The notes under the pieces are model-generated. The model had not been told where the DNA came from and did not search any database. It worked only from the letters and a program-made list of their open reading frames with translations. A stretch of 64,000 bases of DNA from Escherichia phage phiEco32. The DNA is taken from the sequence record NC_010324.1. The stretch is one strand, 5' to 3'. The position numbers and the translations under genes were made by a program. Below, piece after piece: positions 40,498-50,164 of the stretch. Position 1 is the first letter of the stretch. The number at the start of each line of letters is the position of its first letter.

Positions 40498-40722
40498 TTA
40501 GATACCTTTAAGTTTAAGAATTTCGTTACGAGTTTTTTGAATCTGAGCTTCAATTTCGAAGTAGTCGTTGAACGCGTCGTTCTCTACTTCATCGGATGGT
40601 GCATCAATCAGACCGAAAGCGAACGGATACAGCTTTCGCTGCTCCGTTACCAATTCGATATGAACTCCTATATAATATTGTAGGAGAGTAATCTTCGGTT
40701 TCTTAGGAACCAGATTTGACAT
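40498..40722 (-). CDS. hypothetical small acidic protein
   Basis: 74 aa; 2 nt after the ATP-grasp start. Confidence 0.35.
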   Translation of the reverse strand: MSNLVPKKPKITLLQYYIGVHIELVTEQRKLYPFAFGLIDAPSDEVENDAFNDYFEIEAQIQKTRNEILKLKGI

Positions 40723-40936
40723 GAGGTTCTACCTTAATGCCTTTGATTTTTACATAATCAGCAAGTACGTTGTTGATCACCGTTGGGAAAGGAACCTCAA
40801 CCTGTGTTTCAAGTACTTGACCAATACCAGCTTGCATCCACTTTTGGATTGCACGAAGGTTATCACATCCTGTGCTCGTCATCGGGATACGTCGAGTAGT
40901 TACAACGTTATCCAGCATCATCTTACGAATTTCCAT
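40703..40936 (-). CDS. hypothetical protein
   Basis: 77 aa; ATG follows the upstream stop by 2 nt. Confidence 0.4.
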   Translation of the reverse strand: MEIRKMMLDNVVTTRRIPMTSTGCDNLRAIQKWMQAGIGQVLETQVEVPFPTVINNVLADYVKIKGIKVEPHVKSGS

Positions 40937-40938
40937 AC

Positions 40939-42969
40939 TTAACCTCTATTCAATGAACATTTAGGAGAATTACAATAAACTTGATTCATAGAACCAAGCG
41001 TACAACTTTCAGCATCGCGCCACGGAATCTGCTTAAAACACTCTGAGCAGTACCCGAGGGTTGACCACATTGCTTTGGTGAAGTCAGTGCTTCGGTTTCC
41101 GTCGAAGCTGACGACAGTTTTGCGGAGAGCTGTTCGTGATTCAGGAAACACACCTGCTTTCTCAGCAGGTTCCTCCTTTTTTGGCTTAGTCGAGATTGCA
41201 AAAATACTGTTGCTACGTTTCTCAACATAAGCATCAACAACATCCTCCAGAGTGATGCCTGTCTGTTTCGCTGAGGAAGGTAATACAGTCATACGACCGA
41301 TCATATCTTCAGTTACACGTAAAGCGAATTCAGGACGACGGGCGTTTGTTGTATCTGTTGCTTTAATCCAGACATAACCATCTTTGATCGTAGCATTAGA
41401 TACTTTCTTCTTTACTTCTACAGCGCAGACTTTACAGATATCTTCACCACGAAGACGACTAAGTTCATCATCGAACTCATTCTCTGTTTTAACTTCACCG
41501 CAGATTTCACAAACACCAATAGGAGTTTCCTCCTCTTCTTCCTCTTTAGGTTTAGTCAAACCTTCCAGACATTCAGGATGCCAATAGCACTGATATGCGA
41601 AGACTGCTTTAGGTGCATCCTTCCAATCAATGTGCTTATCACAACCACCACAATCACCATGAGAGTGCGCTTCCCAGAATTTACGAGTGATAGTAACACC
41701 ATTCTTGTTGACGAAACTATCATTCATATCAAAAGGGATATCATCATCGAAGTCAGCAGTAGTTGACTCAGGCTCCTTTTTCTCCAGAGATGGGTCAACA
41801 AAACGACCTGCTGTGATCACTAAACGGACCATAGCATTGACTTCGGAGATGCAGGATACTGTCCCACGGTAAACAATTTTAGGGTCTTTCAGTGCATCCT
41901 GATAAGCCTTAATGTCTACGTTATGAACATCACCTTCGATATACTCTTGAGACTTCTCATCGTAGATATAGCCAATCATCTTACCACGAGAAGGAACAGC
42001 ACCAGCAGTTGCATAAGGAACAAACTCATGCGGAGTGATTTCCACAGTCATATCGCGGCGAATATCAATGTTTCGATCGCTTGCGATTTTGTTTTGACTT
42101 ACCACTGCGTTTCTTCGACGAACGTCTGCCGCTGTCACTCCCGGCTTCGTGTCGTAAGGATTGCTTGTATTGCTTTTTGAGGAACTTTGATAGTTGCTTT
42201 GGCTGTAGTTGTTCGAGTAATAACTGGCCCAACGATTGACTACCGTAAAAACCGGAAGCTCGTGGGCGACCTCTTCAACCAGAGTCATACTATTGTTTGA
42301 CATATCAAAGATATATTCTGTACCAACTTTACATTCAAAATGCTCATCAATACGGTTCTTGTGAGATCTAGAACGCTTCAGAATCCACATCAACATATCT
42401 TCTTCAGAAGCACCAAACCAATCCCTGTTACAACGTGCGAGGTGGAATGGACGCTCTTCGTTACGGATGATATGAAGACGGTTATCAGAAGCATCATGCC
42501 AGATTAAGGTGAAAGCACCATCCAGCTTTTGAATAGTCTCTGCTGCACCAATAGTGTTAATAGAGTGGCAGATGTTCTCACTGTCTACCTCGAAGTTTTT
42601 GCTGTCAGGTAACAGATCTTGGTCCATCAAGGTTCCGTTATGAACCAGAGTGATGTTACCATGTTGGAAAGGATGGGCGTTCTTGGCGTTAACTGCACCT
42701 TTCGTTGCATGACGGCTGTGACCAACAATCCATGAAGGCGCTACAGTGTACGCTGTTTCGCCAGTGGTATGCTTCTTGTACTCATCTTGTAGGATGAATG
42801 CGAAAGAAGGAAGAGCTTCTTTATAAGTGAAGACTTCCTTAGTGCTTTTACGCTGACCAAAGATACCGGAGGAATGTTGTCCTCGGAATACTCCAGCATA
42901 AAAGAGTTGGTTGAATACGTCTAAATCAGTGCTTGACAGATTACCGCCAGCTAATACGATGCCACAAAT
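40939..42969 (-). CDS. class-II (Ntn) glutamine amidotransferase domain fused to a Cys-rich zinc-ribbon C-terminal region; non-canonical ATT start
   Basis: Track ORF (start 42630) extended 339 nt upstream in frame to ATT 42969 (TAG stop two codons further up). N-terminus MCGIVLAGGNLSSTDLDVFNQLFYAGVFRGQHSSGIF matches PurF/GlmS/AsnB (MCGIV...RG-D-AGI). AGGTGG SD 8 nt upstream. C-terminal half has HGDCGGCDKH, CEICG...CKVC, CSECF...CNSPKC. Confidence 0.7.
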   Translation of the reverse strand: MCGIVLAGGNLSSTDLDVFNQLFYAGVFRGQHSSGIFGQRKSTKEVFTYKEALPSFAFILQDEYKKHTTGETAYTVAPSWIVGHSRHATKGAVNAKNAHPFQHGNITLVHNGTLMDQDLLPDSKNFEVDSENICHSINTIGAAETIQKLDGAFTLIWHDASDNRLHIIRNEERPFHLARCNRDWFGASEEDMLMWILKRSRSHKNRIDEHFECKVGTEYIFDMSNNSMTLVEEVAHELPVFTVVNRWASYYSNNYSQSNYQSSSKSNTSNPYDTKPGVTAADVRRRNAVVSQNKIASDRNIDIRRDMTVEITPHEFVPYATAGAVPSRGKMIGYIYDEKSQEYIEGDVHNVDIKAYQDALKDPKIVYRGTVSCISEVNAMVRLVITAGRFVDPSLEKKEPESTTADFDDDIPFDMNDSFVNKNGVTITRKFWEAHSHGDCGGCDKHIDWKDAPKAVFAYQCYWHPECLEGLTKPKEEEEEETPIGVCEICGEVKTENEFDDELSRLRGEDICKVCAVEVKKKVSNATIKDGYVWIKATDTTNARRPEFALRVTEDMIGRMTVLPSSAKQTGITLEDVVDAYVEKRSNSIFAISTKPKKEEPAEKAGVFPESRTALRKTVVSFDGNRSTDFTKAMWSTLGYCSECFKQIPWRDAESCTLGSMNQVYCNSPKCSLNRG

Positions 42970-43048
42970 TTTCTAATCCACCTGAAGGGTAAACCCTTTC
43001 ATCTAATTAACCTTTAAATTGTGCCCCTTTATCAGAGGCACCCATTGA

Positions 43049-44152
43049 TTACAGCGCTTGCTCTAACTGATTTTCCAGATGGTCTGGAATGTACCCTGTG
43101 ATATTGCTATCACTGTGACCTGACTCGCGTAGTAAGTCAAAAATAGCACGGATACGCTGTTCTGGAGCGTGTCTTACTTGAGATAGGTCTGCTGTACGAA
43201 GCATAACCAGAATCTCTTGGTACAAATTGTTAGCGTTCCCTCGGACATATCCAAGGAATCCATAGAAGTCTGACATATGACGTAAGTCAACAAGAACATC
43301 TCCGTTGGAGTTAGTTCTACGTAAACGAATACGACCAGACTGTTCTACTTCATGAGAACGGCAATACAAAACATCACGGGCCATACAATACCCTGAATGC
43401 AAATCAGATTCATCCAGATTGTAATCTAGAGGAAGATAAGGAAGCATTGGGGCGAATCGTACAGTATTTAAGTGCTCAATAAACTGATCATTGCTCATAT
43501 CTGCATTATCTAGAGCCAGCTTCTTCAACATCAAGAAGCGGTTAACCAGATTGAGAAGTTGACCACGTTTCCACTTAGGCTCACTGATACGGAACTCAAT
43601 TGAACCGTATTGGGCAAGTGGCAGAAGGTTCAGGGATGTGTACTTATCCCATGAACGAACCAGACGGTTGAAGAACTCTTCATCGTCGTAGTTAAATGCG
43701 TCAGAGGCATTCATTACCTGTGCTTGTACCACTGCAAAAGCAGGGCAGAAGTTGCTACGGTAACGATGGTAGCCTGAACACTTGAACAACATCTTTTCAT
43801 AGAAGGTCCAAGCGAGAATGGTTTTCTTGAGGATATTACTATCAGCATCCCTCATATCCATATGAACGTGAGTAGAGCAACGCCAAGTCCCCTCAGCGTG
43901 CGATTCAGCTACTGCTTCACTCAGGTTGTTGATAGCGTCTAACAACTCCTGTCCGTTGTAAGGCCGTGAACATACCATTTCACAACCATTACGCAGGGAA
44001 CCATCCTCTGTACAATCCCACATATCTGCTTCGATATGATCGGAACCTTCGAGTTCAAGTTCAATACCGACACCGCACTGAAGTGCAATTGAACTATGCG
44101 CCTCAGTTAAATGACCTTCTCGATATCCAAAAGTTTGCGCTACAGTTGTCAT
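43049..44152 (-). CDS. glutamine-synthetase-fold carboxylate-amine ligase (amidoligase-like)
   Basis: 367 aa; metal/ATP-site-like motifs QCGVGIELELEG and WRCSTHVHMDM; neighbours a GATase-like and an AIG2/GGCT-like gene. Confidence 0.5.
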   Translation of the reverse strand: MTTVAQTFGYREGHLTEAHSSIALQCGVGIELELEGSDHIEADMWDCTEDGSLRNGCEMVCSRPYNGQELLDAINNLSEAVAESHAEGTWRCSTHVHMDMRDADSNILKKTILAWTFYEKMLFKCSGYHRYRSNFCPAFAVVQAQVMNASDAFNYDDEEFFNRLVRSWDKYTSLNLLPLAQYGSIEFRISEPKWKRGQLLNLVNRFLMLKKLALDNADMSNDQFIEHLNTVRFAPMLPYLPLDYNLDESDLHSGYCMARDVLYCRSHEVEQSGRIRLRRTNSNGDVLVDLRHMSDFYGFLGYVRGNANNLYQEILVMLRTADLSQVRHAPEQRIRAIFDLLRESGHSDSNITGYIPDHLENQLEQAL

Positions 44153-44766
44153 AACGAATCCACCAACGTAATATTATAATTGCTAAGGTTTTCAGAGATG
44201 TGATGAAAATGCTCCAGAAGTCGCATCGGTTGTTGACCGTAAGAGTCACGAGGCGCTTCCAGATCTACCTGACCTACCAGTGCACCTTTATAATGCACTT
44301 TACCATCTGTAGGATTGATGTAAATATAACGAGTAACCAATCCATCAAATTCAGGATTGAACAGACTGTAAACCATTTCACCAGAGATCGAACGACCAAT
44401 TCCCGGAGCGTTTCGAATCTTGTTACCCATCAAACCCTTCGCTCTCTGGCGAACAGGGTTGATATGAGTCCAGCTTACAGTATTACCGTTGTGAAACAGA
44501 TAACCAACGTCAGGTGATTCAAGAATCAAGGTTGGGTCGAACACTGGAATATTCATCGTAGTGTTTCGGAGATTCCCATGCTCGTTCTTGTACCACTGCT
44601 CTACAACAAAATACAGAGCCTGTTCTGCTTCATGCGAGAAGTCATCGCTGCGGAAGTTACCGCTCTGCTCAACACCAATCACAAAACACGGAAGGTTGAT
44701 ATTGCCTGCTCGTTTAGCAATCCATGTACCATTATAGTAATGAGAAAAATCAGCTACTAAGCTCAC
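44149..44766 (-). CDS. hypothetical protein (operon member)
   Basis: 205 aa; stop overlaps the amidoligase start by 4 nt. Confidence 0.45.
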   Translation of the reverse strand: MSLVADFSHYYNGTWIAKRAGNINLPCFVIGVEQSGNFRSDDFSHEAEQALYFVVEQWYKNEHGNLRNTTMNIPVFDPTLILESPDVGYLFHNGNTVSWTHINPVRQRAKGLMGNKIRNAPGIGRSISGEMVYSLFNPEFDGLVTRYIYINPTDGKVHYKGALVGQVDLEAPRDSYGQQPMRLLEHFHHISENLSNYNITLVDSL

Positions 44767-44775
44767 GATAACCTC

Positions 44776-45582
44776 TTATGCTACCTGAAGGAGTTTGATC
44801 TGCTGGTCAGCTTCTTTAACGTTGTTCCCGTTAATGATTTCATGAAGCTTCTCAATCGGAAGGCGAGAGTGCAATGCCATCAGAGTGGACATATCACACT
44901 GCTGAACAACCTTGTCAACCTGATCGTAAACAAACTTACGGTTTTCACGATCACTAATCCAGAAGTTAGACAGAGAACGGTATTCAATACCATAGTCTTT
45001 ATAACGGATTGCAGATGCTTTACCGTAGAGTTCTTTACGGCGAGTATCTTTGTCCATAATTACTGCTGGAAGAGACAGGAAGTAGTCACACAACACACCC
45101 AGCATCATCTGAGTTTGCAGAGTGATATCCAAAGCACCAACTACGCCAAGATGTACGTGACCACCGGCAGTACGAAGTCCCTTATTCTGAGAAGTCGGGG
45201 ATGGGTTTTTCTGACCAGTGAAGGCGTTGAAATCAGGAGTGCACCCGAAGATGAACGCTGATTCATTAAAGGTCTTCATCTCTTCTTCAGTGAAGATGTG
45301 AGAGCTAACACCCGGAGCTGTTTCCATGTCCAGTTTGTTCAGGACATTATTGGTGAGATCAATACCACGTTGCATGTTATCGTTAAACGCTTCAAAACCG
45401 CTCTGTGGGTCGATATCAAACTCAGCCAATACATTGTCCTCTTGAAGACGAACATCCTTAGCCAGAGTGATCTTATCGTCCTTAGAACAGCCTAATAGAC
45501 CAGCTACAGAGGTGATGATACCGTTGCTAGTACGAACGAACATTTCAGGGTCAGAGCCGATGAGGAATTTGCGCTTAGTCAT
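44776..45582 (-). CDS. hypothetical protein; possible second GS-like ligase
   Basis: 268 aa; FLIGSDPEMF and TAGGHVHLG loosely parallel the GxExE / HVH motifs of 43049..44152. Confidence 0.4.
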   Translation of the reverse strand: MTKRKFLIGSDPEMFVRTSNGIITSVAGLLGCSKDDKITLAKDVRLQEDNVLAEFDIDPQSGFEAFNDNMQRGIDLTNNVLNKLDMETAPGVSSHIFTEEEMKTFNESAFIFGCTPDFNAFTGQKNPSPTSQNKGLRTAGGHVHLGVVGALDITLQTQMMLGVLCDYFLSLPAVIMDKDTRRKELYGKASAIRYKDYGIEYRSLSNFWISDRENRKFVYDQVDKVVQQCDMSTLMALHSRLPIEKLHEIINGNNVKEADQQIKLLQVA

Positions 45583-46546
45583 TGTAATACTCCACTAGTT
45601 CAGAAAAGAGAGATGAGATTGTGTTACCAACTTCTTCAAGAGTAAGACCGGAATCTGCTCCAGTTCTTTGAATCAGTCGGGATGTAAAGTTTTGTACTGT
45701 AATGTTTCCCAACTTGTCGTCTATTGATTCACGTTTGTGACCATAACAGTTGGACCAGAGTCTTAACCACTCTGACATTGTTTCATACTCGTCCGGGTCT
45801 TGATCTTTAGCACGAGCAAATCTTCGTAAGGCATCTTGGTTATGGTTACGAACATAACCATTCTCGTTGTCGCCAACACCGAAGGGGTTTTGAACCCATA
45901 CTTGCTTCGTGTATTCATCAGAGTCTACAACCAAAGGAAGGAATGCTGCTGCTGACATATTGTTGTTAATAACAATAGAGGTGCTTTCGCTACTCCCATT
46001 AGCTCTTCCTCGTTGAGACCATCCACCGAAGAAGTCACGACCCAACCCAGCTAACACTAGAGCGATGCCGATGCGTTTACGCTTCAGCCACTCTTCCCTG
46101 TCTTCAATTCCTTCTGCTAGGAAATCCATTCCACGATATTGCCCTTCCAGAATACTACGAAAGAGCATAAGTCCTGTGAAGATCTGATCTGCTGGATGCT
46201 CACGAAGGTTGACAGCAACACTGTTCGCTGAAGTGATCGTAAATACGTCACGATAGCAAGACATGGAGTTCATAATGTCTGCTGTTTCAACCAAGTTCTT
46301 TTCAATATCAGATGCAACATGACCGTGAAAAGAGTGAGTCCAGTAATTCAACATCTCCAGTTGCAAGTTGATATCACGGTTGAAGCGTTTATGACGCCCC
46401 TCTTCCATTGCATAGTCGCCATTAATGTCATTTATGACTTGACCTTGCATGTAGTTGTGAATACCGAAGCACCCACGACCTAAGAACTTCTGTTCCCCTA
46501 AATCCTGTTGAAGATTAAGAGGTACGATCGTTGTGGAGATTGACAT
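45575..46546 (-). CDS. hypothetical protein (operon member)
   Basis: 323 aa; overlaps the downstream start by 8 nt. Confidence 0.45.
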   Translation of the reverse strand: MSISTTIVPLNLQQDLGEQKFLGRGCFGIHNYMQGQVINDINGDYAMEEGRHKRFNRDINLQLEMLNYWTHSFHGHVASDIEKNLVETADIMNSMSCYRDVFTITSANSVAVNLREHPADQIFTGLMLFRSILEGQYRGMDFLAEGIEDREEWLKRKRIGIALVLAGLGRDFFGGWSQRGRANGSSESTSIVINNNMSAAAFLPLVVDSDEYTKQVWVQNPFGVGDNENGYVRNHNQDALRRFARAKDQDPDEYETMSEWLRLWSNCYGHKRESIDDKLGNITVQNFTSRLIQRTGADSGLTLEEVGNTISSLFSELVEYYND

Positions 46547-46556
46547 AACTAACCTT

Positions 46557-47756
46557 TTATTTTCCTAAAAATAATCCGCTCATAATACCATCCCACTCAG
46601 AGGACGGAATCACTGAATACTCCGAACTTTGGTCCAGAGTTCCGCTACTGAATCGCTGAACAATATTATAAATATTGAACATATCTTTAGTCTCAGCGCG
46701 ATAAGCGTAGACTAATCTGTCAGCTGTTCTTTCATCTTTAGATACCCGACGAGCAAAGGTAACCAGAAGGTTGTCACCTTTGAGTATTTCTGACTCATCT
46801 TTTACTAGATCAGGGTGCATAACCGGCAAGAACATTGAGTTGTTCACTCGTAACTCTGCTGTTTCATCATTCTCATAATGAATCCACTTAAAGTCTTCAT
46901 CACGGAAATGACCACACCCATCTCTATATGACTGTTGACGCCAAGGAACTTGAAATGCTTCAGCGTATTTATCAGCCATGCCGACTGTAAATAGTGACGC
47001 TGGGAAAATACAAGCATCCCAATCATTACCAACCAGAGTTGCTTTCGTTTCCCCTAAGAGGTTAGTGTAAGTGCTAACCATTCGTGAGTAAACATAAGCC
47101 TGAAGGATTGTCCAGCCCTCAACCAACCATTTATGAAGGAAGGTTTCAACTTGACTCTCCTCATCTTCACAATAGAAGGTTCGGTCTAACATTAAATAGA
47201 ACAGACAACGATCAGCAGGAATGTTCTCAGTTGCTACCCCCATAAAACCTTTATCGTGCCAGCGTAAACAGGAGGGACGACCTTTGTCCACAAATGCTTC
47301 CATAGCTTCCAGTACAGCACGAGGTGTGGTTCGATGTTCAGGGTTTTTGTCGTTCCAACGTTCAATGTTATTCTTGGGAGGTGTGTCTTCATCTTCATAC
47401 GAACACCAACTTAAAGCTTCAGCTACATGCTTTTCATCACGCCAACGTCTAAAACCTAACATCTTCATATGAGTTCCAGAGTTCCAGATATGCTTGATTT
47501 TACACATATCCATCTCTCGGCTTAACCGGAACTCTTCTCCATCAGCACTACGAACGTTAGCTTCTTCATGCCACACTCGAACGTGCATATTCCACCCATG
47601 AGTTGCCTCATAAGTGTTAGGTTCAAAATATTCATCATACTCTTCATCGTCTTCATCAACGCCGCCATTATAGTTGCGAAGTTGAAGGAATCCATAACAA
47701 GGAGGACTAACCGTTAAAACATTACCTTCAGTATCTTCTAATGTTACTGGAAACAT
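46557..47756 (-). CDS. hypothetical protein (operon member; possible thiol enzyme)
   Basis: 399 aa; conserved-looking Cys/His positions (SPPCYGF, ATHGWNMHVRVWHEE). Confidence 0.45.
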   Translation of the reverse strand: MFPVTLEDTEGNVLTVSPPCYGFLQLRNYNGGVDEDDEEYDEYFEPNTYEATHGWNMHVRVWHEEANVRSADGEEFRLSREMDMCKIKHIWNSGTHMKMLGFRRWRDEKHVAEALSWCSYEDEDTPPKNNIERWNDKNPEHRTTPRAVLEAMEAFVDKGRPSCLRWHDKGFMGVATENIPADRCLFYLMLDRTFYCEDEESQVETFLHKWLVEGWTILQAYVYSRMVSTYTNLLGETKATLVGNDWDACIFPASLFTVGMADKYAEAFQVPWRQQSYRDGCGHFRDEDFKWIHYENDETAELRVNNSMFLPVMHPDLVKDESEILKGDNLLVTFARRVSKDERTADRLVYAYRAETKDMFNIYNIVQRFSSGTLDQSSEYSVIPSSEWDGIMSGLFLGK

Positions 47757-47767
47757 TATACCAACCT

Positions 47768-48130
47768 CTATTGGTTTTTAATCAACTCAATCGATTTACG
47801 GATATAAAGAATATCTCGGAAGTTTCGATAGTTGTTCATAAATTGATGCTTCTGGAACTCAGCTTCTTCCAGAGCTTTCTTTGCTTCTGCGTAGTTTTTA
47901 CGGGCAAGATGTACAACCCGCTCTGGTAACACGTTTGCACGATGGATTAGATACTTATGAGCTTTCATGTTACTTTGCTCACGAGCAATCTTACCTTTAG
48001 CAACCTTGATACCATTTGCAATCCAAGCAAGTTCTTGCTCAAGCTCATCGTTGGACATTCCACCGAGGTTTGATGCAACCTTGTTCAGAGTTTCAATATT
48101 AACGTTGCCCTTGATGGGACGTGTATTCAT
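47768..48130 (-). CDS. hypothetical helical protein
   Basis: 120 aa; AGGAG RBS 5 nt upstream; first gene of the run that continues through the ligase cluster. Confidence 0.45.
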   Translation of the reverse strand: MNTRPIKGNVNIETLNKVASNLGGMSNDELEQELAWIANGIKVAKGKIAREQSNMKAHKYLIHRANVLPERVVHLARKNYAEAKKALEEAEFQKHQFMNNYRNFRDILYIRKSIELIKNQ

Positions 48131-48301
48131 ACTTACTCCTGTTGTTTACACTCGTCAATAACCCACTGATAAGTGGATTGCCCAGAAAAGAAACACTGAA
48201 TAAATCCAGATGTTCTCTGCGTTACCAGTGCTAGTGCACAAATCACTACCGCTGCTGCTAGCAGTTTTAAATCTAATTTAGACATATTTCCTCTCGTTGG
48301 A

Positions 48302-48329
48302 TTTAAAAAAGGACTCTCCGAAAAGAGTC
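48302..48329 (-). terminator. rho-independent terminator or attenuator (minus strand)
   Basis: On minus strand gacucu-uuucgg-agaguc followed by cuuuuuuaaa. Confidence 0.45.
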
Positions 48330-48520
48330 AAGCTTTAAATACAAAAAGATATTACCCAATATCTGTGGATAACCTGCTCTTAAAATATCTATCCGACGGA
48401 TGTTCGAGGAGTGTTCCTCTCCCTAGCATCGGCCCCATACGGGAAATATATTAAGATTAGGTTAGTTGAGTCAGAATAACTCACATAGCCCTCCGAAGAA
48501 GGCTATAGGCGTTACTACAA

Positions 48521-48736
48521 CTAAAAATCACTTGATTTTACAAAATCATCACTAAGGATTTCGTCAATTTCTTTGTTAGTCAAATCTTTCCTGAACCAAC
48601 AACAAGGTACATCCACCCATTGACCAGAGTTATTTTCTACAGAGCATCTATTGCCTGTCTTACTCTTGCACTTATAGGTCTTACCTTTGTCTAGACGATA
48701 GTGTATTCTATAAACGATCGACACAAGTGTTATCAT
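48521..48736 (-). CDS. hypothetical small protein
   Basis: 71 aa, basic with Cys pairs; followed by the conserved CTCACATAGCCCTC hairpin. Confidence 0.4.
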   Translation of the reverse strand: MITLVSIVYRIHYRLDKGKTYKCKSKTGNRCSVENNSGQWVDVPCCWFRKDLTNKEIDEILSDDFVKSSDF

Positions 48737-49200
48737 TACTCTACCCTAACTGAAGGACAGTATTTCTCTTTCTTGCTACGATACATCACAACAATCCAGT
48801 TTGAATCACGACGCTCTTTCTTACGTCGTTTCTTTTCAGCACGAGTTTCATATGTGCTAGTTCGGTGGTCACGGTATATTCCACGAAGTTCATAAAATGC
48901 CCAACCACCACCAAACACTACACCAGCCAAAGCAGCCAAAGATAAGGCACCAAGAGCAGGGGCAGTGAACCATGTCCACCAATTGAATGACAAAAAATTC
49001 TCATGTCCAAGGAAAGAGCCACCAATCATGGACAGTGCAGCGTATACAACCCCTAACAGCAGCGTCAGTGCAATGAAGTGCATCACTGTACGCCAGAAGT
49101 ATTCGCAAAAGTTAGTCATATTATCCCAATGAGAGTTGGGTAAACCTGACATGGTTTTGTTGAACTTATGCAACCATCCGTTCTTGTTAATCTTGATCAT
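48736..49200 (-). CDS. membrane protein (two TMDs)
   Basis: 154 aa; hydrophobic segments FIALTLLLGVVYAALSMIGG and FTAPALGALSLAALAGVVFGGGW. Confidence 0.5.
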   Translation of the reverse strand: MIKINKNGWLHKFNKTMSGLPNSHWDNMTNFCEYFWRTVMHFIALTLLLGVVYAALSMIGGSFLGHENFLSFNWWTWFTAPALGALSLAALAGVVFGGGWAFYELRGIYRDHRTSTYETRAEKKRRKKERRDSNWIVVMYRSKKEKYCPSVRVE

Positions 49201-49433
49201 TACTCACCTTTCTTGGCACGATCTTTGGCAGTTTTGCCAGTGCGGATGCGATGAGAAACGTTAACCAGAGTGCCACCATCAACTACGGTAACGCTCTTGT
49301 TTTTAGCCAGATCGAACACAGTTTTCTCCGTGCCACCCAAGCGAATTTGCTTAGGTTCGCTGAAGGTTTGGGTTGATTTAGATTGGAACTGAAACGGTTG
49401 ACGGATTGCATCAATTGCACTTACTTTAGACAT
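49200..49433 (-). CDS. hypothetical protein
   Basis: 77 aa; start overlaps the upstream stop. Confidence 0.4.
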   Translation of the reverse strand: MSKVSAIDAIRQPFQFQSKSTQTFSEPKQIRLGGTEKTVFDLAKNKSVTVVDGGTLVNVSHRIRTGKTAKDRAKKGE

Positions 49434-49664
49434 AGTGGAAATTCCTTAAAAAGTTATGGCTGCGTAGAGGGAATTCCCTACGCAAATTGGGCCGCCTAAA
49501 AAGAGGCGTCATAGTACTAAAAGGAGGAGAGAAGAGGGCTTATTTAGCTACCTTTTTCTGTCCGTTTACGAACCAGATAATTGAACCATCAGGCTGTCGT
49601 TGACCGAAGCCTTTCTGGTTAATCATATCGTCATAAGAATATGCTTTACGTCTCATTTGTTTTC

Positions 49665-49919
49665 CTACGAAGTTAAGATGATTTCAGCCTTAATAAACTT
49701 CTCACCAACAACCATATCACCAGAGATGACACGTAGTTCTCCAGTGCCTAGGTTAACAGCTCCAGCAGGTTGACAACCCCTGCTTTTAGCTGTCATCATA
49801 TAAACCTTTTGATTCTGGCACTCTTGGAGAGTGAACACATCTGACATATTTAGATCTCTGACACGGAGGATTTTTTCCTCTTTGTCTTTAACTTTAATGT
49901 TAATAATGCTCATATGCAC
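49665..49919 (-). CDS. small protein of expanded paralog family (member D)
   Basis: 84 aa; DLNMSDVFTL...GAVNLGTGELRV fits the family pattern. Confidence 0.5.
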   Translation of the reverse strand: MHMSIINIKVKDKEEKILRVRDLNMSDVFTLQECQNQKVYMMTAKSRGCQPAGAVNLGTGELRVISGDMVVGEKFIKAEIILTS

Positions 49920-50164
49920 TACTCCTGAACCACTGACATACGAATCATTTCTACCTGATCGTCAAGACCTTTAACAGATAACATACCTGTGGAAAGGTTT
50001 ACCACAGGAACCCAACCACTGGCTATACGGATGTTACCAGAAGCATTTTCAACCCTCATGTAATATTGAGGAGAAGCACTTCCGTTCTGAACCACGAAAG
50101 GATTTCCAGGAATAATTGTTTCCAACTTTACCGTATTATCCTTTTTCTTTGGGATGATTTTCAT
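49919..50164 (-). CDS. small protein of expanded paralog family (member C)
   Basis: 81 aa; MKIIPKKKDNTVKLETIIPGNPFVV...VVNLSTGML. Confidence 0.5.
   Translation of the reverse strand: MKIIPKKKDNTVKLETIIPGNPFVVQNGSASPQYYMRVENASGNIRIASGWVPVVNLSTGMLSVKGLDDQVEMIRMSVVQE

Noticed and set aside
40939-42630. ORF-track start (TTG 42630) for the amidotransferase gene.
   Set aside because: It would remove the entire class-II amidotransferase domain, which is encoded in the same frame upstream without stops; the gene is extended to ATT 42969.
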